From: a virus
Virus record (IMG/VR): IMGVR_UViG_3300019890_000004
Span: 7,572 to 71,571 of that record
Length of the DNA stretch: 64,000 nt
Strand: one strand, 5' to 3'
Below are positions 36,022-43,370 of this stretch, piece by piece. A program made the translations under genes and the position numbers. The notes below the pieces were generated by a model. The model worked only from the letters and a program-made list of their open reading frames with translations. It was not told the origin of the DNA and made no database searches. Each line of letters opens with the position of its first letter. The first letter of the stretch is position 1.

Positions 36022-37499
36022 GCGTCTACGACCGGTGGCACCTCGCCCATCCCCCGGCGGGAGCGAAGAAGTGCGGCCAGCACCGTAAGGCGCCGAGCTC
36101 GGCGCACGGGACGGGGCTGCGCTGGCAGGTGCGCGGCACCGACCAGGACGGGCGCCAGGTCAAGCAGAACTTCGAGTTCGAGGAGGACGCGAAGGACAAG
36201 GAAGCCGAGCTCAAGGCATCCGTCCGGGCCGGGACGTTCGTCGATGACCGGGCCGGGAAGATCACCTTCCAGGTCTACGCCGAGCAGTGGCGGAAGACCC
36301 GCGTCCACGACCCGGTGACCGCCGAGCGGATCCGGTCGGCGTTCGAGAACCACGTCTACGAGGGGCGCGCGAAGGGCGCGGCGAAGGGGAAGACCGCGCA
36401 GGGCGGCAACTCGATCGGCCAGTACCCGATGGCCGCGCTGTCGCGCCGCGTGTCGATCGTCCAGGGATGGATCGCGAGCCTGCCCGGGCACGCGAATACG
36501 GCGCTCCTGATGATCACTGACGTGAGCCAGGTGTTCCGCGCCGCGGTGGACGACAAGATCATCGCCCTGAACCCGCTGGCCGCCGATTCGGTGCAGAAGC
36601 CCCGCCCGGTGGAGAGCCAGGCCGTCGCGTGGCCTCGCGAGCGCGTCGAGGCGGTGGCCGCGGAGCTGCCCGCCGGGATGCAGCCGATGCCTTACCTCGG
36701 GGCGTGCTGCGCGCACCGGCAGGGGGAGCTGTGCGCGGTCGCGCTGGAGGACCTCGACTTCCTGCGGAAAACGTGCGGGATCTCGTATCAGGTCAAGTAC
36801 ATGGACGTGACCGGGGTGGCCGACCTGACGTCGCCGCCGCGCCCGTCGCCGCTGCGGGGGAAGATCCTGGTCTTCGCGCCGACGAAGAACAAGAAGCCCC
36901 GCGAGGTGCCGGTCGCCGACGAGGTGATCCTGATGCTGTCCGCGCACCTGGCCGGGTGCCCGGCGACGGCGGTGACGCTGCCGAGGGTGCGGCGCGACGG
37001 GAAGATCGAGGGGGACCTCACGCGGCGCCTGGTGTTCACGAACGGCGGGCGCCCCTGGTACAGGGGGACGGTCCAGCGCCCGTGGGACAGGGCACGGAAG
37101 GCCGCGGGGGTACCGGCGGCGGCTCAGGTGAACGGGTGGCACGTCCTGCGCCACACGGCCGCGTCCGAGTGGCTGTCGAAGGGCCTGGGCCTCGCGAAGA
37201 CCGCGGCGTACCTCGGCGACACGCAGGGGGTCGTGCTGAAGACCAGGCCCCATTTCATGCCGGCCGACGAGGACCGGGCGCGGGAGATCATGAACGCGTT
37301 CTTCTCGGCTCCTGCGGAGAGCGCAGATGCCCCCAGAATGACCTCTGACCTCCCGGCGGGGTCGTTATGGCTGCTGAGAGTGCTGCTGCTGCACTACCGC
37401 ACGAACTTCAGCGGCATGCAGGCGGGCGCGTTCCGGTTCACGTTCACGCAGGCCAGGAGGTGTTTTATGGTCCGGACACGTATGGTTGGGTCGGGATGA
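36018..37499 (+). CDS. int: tyrosine integrase, catalytic Tyr apparently absent
   Basis: GTG at 36018; HRQGEL, PTK, HVLRH and YLGD motifs; KTRPHF where KTYxH is expected. Confidence 0.88.
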   Translation: MSVYDRWHLAHPPAGAKKCGQHRKAPSSAHGTGLRWQVRGTDQDGRQVKQNFEFEEDAKDKEAELKASVRAGTFVDDRAGKITFQVYAEQWRKTRVHDPVTAERIRSAFENHVYEGRAKGAAKGKTAQGGNSIGQYPMAALSRRVSIVQGWIASLPGHANTALLMITDVSQVFRAAVDDKIIALNPLAADSVQKPRPVESQAVAWPRERVEAVAAELPAGMQPMPYLGACCAHRQGELCAVALEDLDFLRKTCGISYQVKYMDVTGVADLTSPPRPSPLRGKILVFAPTKNKKPREVPVADEVILMLSAHLAGCPATAVTLPRVRRDGKIEGDLTRRLVFTNGGRPWYRGTVQRPWDRARKAAGVPAAAQVNGWHVLRHTAASEWLSKGLGLAKTAAYLGDTQGVVLKTRPHFMPADEDRAREIMNAFFSAPAESADAPRMTSDLPAGSLWLLRVLLLHYRTNFSGMQAGAFRFTFTQARRCFMVRTRMVGSG

Positions 37500-37590
37500 G
37501 TCCGGACACTTAAACGCCCCGAAAATGACCTGACCCCATAGAGCCCCTCCCGCATCCGCCCTGGAATCACGAATCGCGAATCGCGATCTT
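37325..37590. other. probable attP region
   Basis: arm-like repeats aatgacct(c)tgacc near 37337 and 37524; gtccggacac at 37470 and 37500; gaatc(a/g)c x3 at 37564-37584. Confidence 0.55.
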
Positions 37591-37701
37591 CCCCGGGAAG
37601 CAAGAGACGGGAGATAACGCCCGTGACGAGCGCCGCGTGCAACGGGACGACCCTGGGGGCTGGAACCAGGCCGTGACGCTCCAACGGAACTTGAGCCCGG
37701 G

Positions 37702-37837
37702 AAGCAAGGAAGGCGCGGAGCGTGAGCGCCGCGCCTTCCCCTGCTCTGCCGGACTGAGCTACAGGGACACCCGAGAGTCCCTGGCGGGATTTGAACCCGC
37801 GACCTCTATCTCCCGGCCGGAGCCGGGAAGCTTGCCC
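37702..37837 (-). ncRNA. circularly permuted tRNA-like RNA domain (YrlA/Y-RNA-like)
   Basis: AGGTC-GCGGG TTCAAAT CCCGC (T arm), CAGGGAC-8 nt loop-GTCCCTG (closed acceptor stem), TA-GCTC AGTCCGGCA GAGC (D arm); closed by GGGCAAG/CTTGCTT. Confidence 0.8.
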
Positions 37838-38250
37838 GCGCGAGGGCTGAGCCCACTTGTCCCCGTCGCCGTGGGGAGCCAGGCCGGCGCGGCGGCCGCT
37901 CCCGAGTCTAGTCCTCGGGAAGCGCGAAGCCCCGCCCATCCACCGTCCGGAAGACTGCGAGGCTCACGACTTCGCCGCGCTATTGCACGACGCGGGATCA
38001 GGATACAGCGGGGCCCGGCCGCCGCCGGGTAGCGCCCCGGCGGCGGCCGTACTACGCCCCAACGGAAAGCAGGCTACCTGCAAGGGGGGCGGGTGCCGGG
38101 CCGTTCGCGGTACGCCCGGCCACCCTTCGGTGAGGCGGGGGAGACAGGATCTCGTTACGGTTTCGAGCACCGGCCAGCACGTAATCCGCCGCGAGCGGTG
38201 ACTGGTCACCCATTCCTAGCGTTCCCCCAGTGGGAGTCCTGCGGGCTAGC

Positions 38251-38370
38251 CTAGCTCGCCTGGCGTGCGATCTGGAGCTGCTGGTACTGAAACCAGGTGC
38301 CTACCACCTGGACGCCGAGGGCTAGTGCCGCAAGGAAAACTAGCCATGCGTTAGTGGTCTTCTGGTCCAC
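38251..38370 (-). CDS. 39-aa single-TM peptide, type I toxin candidate
   Basis: AAGGAGG 7 nt before GTG; MDQKTTNAWLVFLAALALGVQVVGTWFQYQQLQIARQAS. Confidence 0.7.
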   Translation of the reverse strand: MDQKTTNAWLVFLAALALGVQVVGTWFQYQQLQIARQAS

Positions 38371-38486
38371 TGGGGGGCCTCCTTCAGGTTTGGGCCTGCA
38401 ATGATCGCGAGACCTTCACCTGGACGCTATCGATCAGGTTCCCGTAAATTACGGCATGCCTGTCAATAGCCGTTACCTAAACGTGA

Positions 38487-38777
38487 TCATATCCATTTCC
38501 CGAACTGTCCCCCGGCCCACATCCGCCGCCAGCCAGCCGGACACCGGTCAACGCCGAGCAGCGGGTTAGGGCCCCCGTCCCGCTTCCTCGACCAGAGCGT
38601 CACCAGGCACCAGGTGCACACCTCGTAGTACACGTCGCAGTGGTGCGGCTGATGATACCCGCGCACCCAGCACCATGGCCGCCACGCGTAGGTGCCGAGG
38701 TATGCGGAGACCCAGACCGGGGCGTCGTCCTGAGTCCATATCCATAGCCGGTGGAACCGGCGCTGCATCGGCGTCAC
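38487..38777 (-). CDS. hypothetical Trp/Cys-rich protein
   Basis: GTG overlaps upstream stop. Confidence 0.5.
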   Translation of the reverse strand: MTPMQRRFHRLWIWTQDDAPVWVSAYLGTYAWRPWCWVRGYHQPHHCDVYYEVCTWCLVTLWSRKRDGGPNPLLGVDRCPAGWRRMWAGGQFGKWI

Positions 38778-39178
38778 CGGAACAGCATCCCGGCCTGCAT
38801 GCGCCGCCAGACCTCCACCGCTTCCTGTCGCAGCGTCATCCCCGGCGTGCCGTTGCCCTCGCCGCCGTAGCAATGGCAGTGTTTCTCGTGATGGGCGAGT
38901 CCCCCGGCGACCTGGCGGAACTGGCATTCCTTGTGGACGTGCGCGATCCGCGCGCCTTCGGTCGTCACGGCCACGGTCGCCTGCCCCGAGTCGCCCGCCG
39001 CCTCGTCGAACGGCTCGCGGCAGTACAGGCAAGACTCGCCGACAGGGAACGGCTTGCGCATCTCCGCGATGACCTTGCCGGCCTCGTCGTAGCAAACGTA
39101 AGACCACCACGGCGGCCCGAACCACCCCCACTGCTCGCGGCGGACCTCGATCGGCAAGGCGTCATAGGGAGTGGTCAA
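38774..39178 (-). CDS. hypothetical Cys/His protein
   Basis: CLYC..HKEC; GC3 bias. Confidence 0.65.
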   Translation of the reverse strand: MTTPYDALPIEVRREQWGWFGPPWWSYVCYDEAGKVIAEMRKPFPVGESCLYCREPFDEAAGDSGQATVAVTTEGARIAHVHKECQFRQVAGGLAHHEKHCHCYGGEGNGTPGMTLRQEAVEVWRRMQAGMLFR

Positions 39179-39425
39179 GACCCGGTCCTTCCTGTCTCGG
39201 TTCCCGCTGCCACTGCCCGCCGGTACCGGGAGCCGGTCCTGCCTCGTGGTGCGCCCTCAGGTAGTCTTCGTCCCCGAGGTACCACAGCGGGCATCCCCGG
39301 CCGTCCTGGCGGAAGCGGATGCCTTCCCCAGGCTCGATCGTGAACGAGTAATTCACGCCCCTCGGTGCTCCCGCGTAGTCGATGCGGTCTGCGAGGTCGC
39401 GGAGCCAGCGGGCGAGGCGCCTCAC
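39162..39425 (-). CDS. hypothetical protein
   Basis: GTG at 39425 overlaps upstream stop. Confidence 0.55.
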   Translation of the reverse strand: MRRLARWLRDLADRIDYAGAPRGVNYSFTIEPGEGIRFRQDGRGCPLWYLGDEDYLRAHHEAGPAPGTGGQWQREPRQEGPGLDHSL

Positions 39426-39727
39426 GGGCCCGCCGCGTTTCTCACCGGGCAGTGATGCCACGCCCACCGGCCGCCTTCCATGACGCCGGCAGGGTCGCGG
39501 ACCAGGTAGCCCCTGCCGTCGCGGACCAGCACGCCGCGCGGATCCGGGTCCGCCTCTATCAGCGCGCCCTTCAGCCGGCCGCCGCCGGTATCCTCTTCGG
39601 CCGTGATAACGGGCTGATGGCACGCAGAGCACGCGTGGCGCTGCCAGACAGCCCGGTGCACCGGCCGCGACCTTGCCCTCTTGGCGGCACCGTGGCGGCG
39701 GTTATGGTTTCCGTTGGTCTTGCCCAC
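39422..39727 (-). CDS. hypothetical Zn-ribbon protein
   Basis: CSAC motif. Confidence 0.5.
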   Translation of the reverse strand: MGKTNGNHNRRHGAAKRARSRPVHRAVWQRHACSACHQPVITAEEDTGGGRLKGALIEADPDPRGVLVRDGRGYLVRDPAGVMEGGRWAWHHCPVRNAAGP

Positions 39728-40223
39728 GGGGGCTCTCCTTGCTCTCGCTGCTGACGTCTTCCGCCCCGCGTGCGAGGTCGCTCCGGTAGACGTGCTCCGC
39801 GTTCAGCCAGAACGACGACGGCACTCCCGTCGCATTCGCGATCCTGATGGCCGCGTCTTCCCCGATCGCCGACGTCCCGGCCAGGATGCCCGCGATCGTC
39901 TCGGGCAGCAGCCCGCAGCGCGACAGGTCCGCCTCGGCGAGATTCCGGCCGGCCATCACGCGGCGGAGCAGGACGCCGGGGCTGAGGGTCCAGTCCGGGA
40001 TGAAGGGGTGAAGCTCAGTCATCTCCGTCGCCTTCCGTTCGGGGCACGCCTCCGCCAGGTGCGGCGGCCCGAGCTGCGGGTCTCCGGTGTACCAATGGCA
40101 GCGGGCGCAGTAATTCTGTGCGATGTCGTCGGGATGACTGGACGTCGCGCCGCAGCAGGGGCAGATGAAGACGGAACCGGTCACCGGCCCTCCATCGGTC
40201 AAGACGCGCTCCTCAGAAGACAT
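39702..40223 (-). CDS. Zn-ribbon plus HigA-like HTH protein
   Basis: CPCC..CARC; SPGVLLR..AIRIANATGVPSSFWLN. Confidence 0.65.
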   Translation of the reverse strand: MSSEERVLTDGGPVTGSVFICPCCGATSSHPDDIAQNYCARCHWYTGDPQLGPPHLAEACPERKATEMTELHPFIPDWTLSPGVLLRRVMAGRNLAEADLSRCGLLPETIAGILAGTSAIGEDAAIRIANATGVPSSFWLNAEHVYRSDLARGAEDVSSESKESPRGQDQRKP

Positions 40224-40458
40224 TGGTCTGGCTGTTGCCGTCACCGAACTGGACGCCCGTCACCCCGCGAAGGCGGAGCCCGGGAGTCCGTGCTGCGAGC
40301 CGCTCGTTGTGCGCCTGGCACGCCTCGGCGGCCAGCTCCGCCGTATCGAGGGTGCCGACCAGAGGATCCATGTCGGACGGCTGCCGGCCTAGCTGGGCGT
40401 ACATGTGACGGCCCTGATGGCGACCCTGCCGCCAGGGGAGGTCGGTAAGGTTAGTCAA
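40213..40458 (-). CDS. hypothetical protein
   Basis: coupled overlap with upstream gene. Confidence 0.55.
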   Translation of the reverse strand: MTNLTDLPWRQGRHQGRHMYAQLGRQPSDMDPLVGTLDTAELAAEACQAHNERLAARTPGLRLRGVTGVQFGDGNSQTNVF

Positions 40459-40712
40459 CGCTCTTCTCCTTCGCTGCGCTCATCGCGGAACTCTCTTGCC
40501 TGCACGCCGTGCGCCTTCAGCTCGGCGAGGATGTCGTCTTCGGTCCGCCCGTAGTGGATGACCACCTCGATCTGCGGGAGGCCGAGCTGCTTCATCTGCG
40601 CCGCACTGACCCTGATCGGCTCGCCCGCTGCCAGCCGGGTGACGTTCTCACCGGACAGGCCGAGCAGGAGCAGCGGGATACCGAGGCCGGTCTTGCCGGC
40701 CGCCTTGATCAT
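40455..40712 (-). CDS. hypothetical protein
   Basis: ATG at 40712; LGLSGENVTRL motif. Confidence 0.6.
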   Translation of the reverse strand: MIKAAGKTGLGIPLLLLGLSGENVTRLAAGEPIRVSAAQMKQLGLPQIEVVIHYGRTEDDILAELKAHGVQAREFRDERSEGEER

Positions 40713-41137
40713 CAGAAGTTGCCTTCCGCCACGGCGAAGCAGGTGAGGCCGAGGGACCGCCACATGGCGACAACGCGAGCCCGGTCATCGATTACGCCGG
40801 TGATCTCGTAGAAGTCCCGGATTTCGCGCTCGTAGATTGCGCACTTGAGCTTGTCGTCAGGCGTGTAGTCGCCGTCGGGCCGCATGTGCAGGTGAACCGC
40901 GTCGATGCGGTGCCGGTTCAGCCACGCGATCGTCGCGAAGCGGCACTCCTCCATCCGGCCCGACACGAAGATGATCCGGTGTCCGGCGCCGATAAGTGCG
41001 CGGACGACCGCGAGAACGGGCTCGTTCGGCTTGTCCTCGCCGACCCGGCTCCAGTCGTACGGGCTGCGGTCGCCCCTCAGTGCCACGGTGCCGTCGATGT
41101 CGACGATCCACGCCTTCGGCCTGGTCTCAGGCTGCAT
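40712..41137 (-). CDS. HAD phosphatase, polynucleotide 3'-phosphatase (PseT C-terminal)-like
   Basis: DIDGT..VSGR..MRP..DD..K..IDDR..VAEGNF. Confidence 0.88.
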   Translation of the reverse strand: MQPETRPKAWIVDIDGTVALRGDRSPYDWSRVGEDKPNEPVLAVVRALIGAGHRIIFVSGRMEECRFATIAWLNRHRIDAVHLHMRPDGDYTPDDKLKCAIYEREIRDFYEITGVIDDRARVVAMWRSLGLTCFAVAEGNF

Positions 41138-41303
41138 TCCCGTCCTCCGTCTGCTTGATTTCCGCTGTCCAGCCGAGAGCGGTCACCTGTCCGGCGACCG
41201 TTCTTGCCTCGGCCTCGTTCTCGCATCCGCGCCACAGTCCGAGGTGGAATCCGGCATCCCAGCGCAGGTCATCATCAGCCCACCCGGACGTGTCCGGGGT
41301 CAT
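41127..41303 (-). CDS. hypothetical protein
   Basis: ATG at 41303. Confidence 0.45.
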   Translation of the reverse strand: MTPDTSGWADDDLRWDAGFHLGLWRGCENEAEARTVAGQVTALGWTAEIKQTEDGNAA

Positions 41304-41320
41304 GGCAACCTTCCAGGCGG

Positions 41321-42049
41321 TCACTCCCGGTCCCAGTAGGCGCGGCGGACGTCCTGAAGCCACGCCTCGGCCGCCGCCTCGTCGGGGCGGTCCGGCAGCA
41401 CGCCGGGCCTGTCGAATGCCGCCTCGGCGTCTGCGAGCGCCCGCGAGGCCAGGTCAAGATCTCCGGCGGCGACCGCCTCGCCGAACGCGCGGCAGAACTT
41501 CGCCATGGACGGGTGGAGCAGCACCGGCAGGTGCCCCGTCTGATGCAACTCGGAGCCCTGGTAAAGGAGCCGCCACAGGTGCCTGGCGTGCTTGCCCGTT
41601 CTCTTTCGGGTATCGGCGCTGAATGAGCCGTCTCCGCGGTTCCGTATCCGACCGAACTGCTGCGTGGCGTAGCCGAGGTAGGCGTTGCGCACGGCCTTCG
41701 CCGACAGGACCGCGGTCCGGATGCCGATCAGCGCCTCACCCTGGGGGGTCGTCGTCTCGTACTCGTCCAGCCACAGCAGTTCGGTGACCGTGGGGTTGCA
41801 CTTGAGGATCAGTACGGCCAGCTTCCCCGCCTCGTGATAGGTGGCGTCAGGCTTGGTGCTGACCCAGGTCGCGGCCTTCCCGATCGGGAGGTGCAGGCCG
41901 TGGAACTGCGACGTCGGGGCGGCGTAGCAGCCGATCCGGTCGACGTCGGAGTCCTCGGTCGCGAGCCCGTAGGCGGTTGACCCGTTGATGCCCGCGAGGA
42001 GCACGTTCGGCGGGGGCTTGATCTCAGCGTCCAGGACGTCGGCGGTCAC
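41321..42049 (-). CDS. Pol-beta superfamily nucleotidyltransferase (YcgL/RlaP-like)
   Basis: GSTAYGLATEDSDVD..KCNPTVTELLW..GYATQQ..KHARHLWRL. Confidence 0.85.
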   Translation of the reverse strand: MTADVLDAEIKPPPNVLLAGINGSTAYGLATEDSDVDRIGCYAAPTSQFHGLHLPIGKAATWVSTKPDATYHEAGKLAVLILKCNPTVTELLWLDEYETTTPQGEALIGIRTAVLSAKAVRNAYLGYATQQFGRIRNRGDGSFSADTRKRTGKHARHLWRLLYQGSELHQTGHLPVLLHPSMAKFCRAFGEAVAAGDLDLASRALADAEAAFDRPGVLPDRPDEAAAEAWLQDVRRAYWDRE

Positions 42050-42528
42050 CGGGACAGCCCCCTGAAGTCCCCGACCCACTCGCCGAAGGTCGGCACGTTC
42101 ATATACCCGTACTCGCGGCAGAAGGCCGCGTACGCTTCGCCGAGGGCCGCCAGGTCCTCACCGCCGAGCGCCGCCCTGGCCGCGCCGGGAGCCAGCGCGG
42201 CCTCTGCCTCGGCACGGGCGGCGATCACCCGCCTCCGTGCCTCCACCGCCTCGCCCAGCACCTTCCCCGCTGCTTCCCGGTCGGTCTCGTACTGCGCGGT
42301 CTCCGCCGCGAGCCGTGCCCGCTCCCGCCCGGTCTCCTCATCGATGAGGCCCGCGGCGACGGCGAGCCGGTGACGCCGCTCCGCCACGTCCACGTCGTGC
42401 CCGGCCGCCGTCACCGCGTACGCCGCCCCCGATCGATCGATTGCCCGCCGTGCCGCCGGAGCCAGCCAGACCACAGCCGTCATCACCGGAACGAGCACGA
42501 CCGCCGCCCAGATCAGGGTGTCACCCAT
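42046..42528 (-). CDS. N-terminal TM helical protein
   Basis: ATG at 42528 after GGAGG. Confidence 0.6.
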   Translation of the reverse strand: MGDTLIWAAVVLVPVMTAVVWLAPAARRAIDRSGAAYAVTAAGHDVDVAERRHRLAVAAGLIDEETGRERARLAAETAQYETDREAAGKVLGEAVEARRRVIAARAEAEAALAPGAARAALGGEDLAALGEAYAAFCREYGYMNVPTFGEWVGDFRGLSR

Positions 42529-42811
42529 TGCCTTCCTCCATTTCGGTTCCTTTGTCGGCGAGCCCCGCGAGGTAGGCGCGCATGATGATGCCCGCGAGCA
42601 CCACGCAGGTCTGCGCCTCCCAGTTCCCCAGCCACGCGATAATCCGCCGGTCATAGGCGCCCAGCTCGATCCCGGCGGCCTCGCATGCGGCGGTGAGCAT
42701 CGGCTCGCCGGAGAGCGTGCCGGTTCCCGCCCGGAACGCCTCGTGGATCGCCCGGACTTCGGGGAGCATGCGGGCCTGGTCTTCGGTCTCGAATGGTCCG
42801 TGGTCAGCCAC
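42521..42811 (-). CDS. hypothetical protein
   Basis: GTG start; LGAYDRRIIAWL motif. Confidence 0.6.
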   Translation of the reverse strand: MADHGPFETEDQARMLPEVRAIHEAFRAGTGTLSGEPMLTAACEAAGIELGAYDRRIIAWLGNWEAQTCVVLAGIIMRAYLAGLADKGTEMEEGNG

Positions 42812-43370
42812 GGGAAACCTCCAGTTGCGCGCGCACCGCTTGCTCGACGTCTTCGGAGAGCCGCCACAGGCCGAGCGTGCCCTTGCACGGCACTGGCTCG
42901 GCAAGCGGGCGGACGCCGGCTAGCTGCCAGTGGTGCTGTCCGTTGACGGCCCACGGGGAGCATCGCGGGCGGAGCCGGCCGTCCAGGCCCGGCCAGCTGC
43001 CATCGCACCCGCGCGGGCCGCTGGCGTGGCAGCCTGCGACCTCGGCGACCGCGATGACCGCGCCGAAGCCGATGTGCATCGCAGCCCTGCGAAGCGGCCC
43101 GGTGATATTCGGCGGAGGGAGCGCGGCCGACCATTCGCGCCACGCCGCCCGCGCCTCTGGGCTTCTCTCGCCCGCCGGGTCCCATCCCGAGCAGGCACCC
43201 GCATGGATTGCCAGCAGTCCGCGGTAGCCGGTCGGCCAGGTGCGGTTTTCCGCCGTCTTCCCGCAATGGGCGATCATGTGCGCCCACGGTTGCTTCACGG
43301 TCAGCGCTCGAATCGGCTTCGGCTGCGACGCGGCCGGGGCGCCTTCCGGCTCGAAAAGCGCGTCAGCCAC
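42804..43370 (-). CDS. ASCH/PUA-like domain protein
   Basis: ALTVKQPWA..GKTAENRTW..RGLLAIHAG..KGTLGLW. Confidence 0.8.
   Translation of the reverse strand: MADALFEPEGAPAASQPKPIRALTVKQPWAHMIAHCGKTAENRTWPTGYRGLLAIHAGACSGWDPAGERSPEARAAWREWSAALPPPNITGPLRRAAMHIGFGAVIAVAEVAGCHASGPRGCDGSWPGLDGRLRPRCSPWAVNGQHHWQLAGVRPLAEPVPCKGTLGLWRLSEDVEQAVRAQLEVSRG

Noticed and set aside
37743-37805. Ordinary tRNA gene or tRNA-derived att core
   Set aside because: Halves are in permuted order, both acceptor strands are joined by a loop, and there is no anticodon arm or CCA.
37630-37840. Two-piece (permuted) tmRNA
   Set aside because: No G3-U70 alanine identity pair, a full D stem is present, and no tag reading frame is visible.
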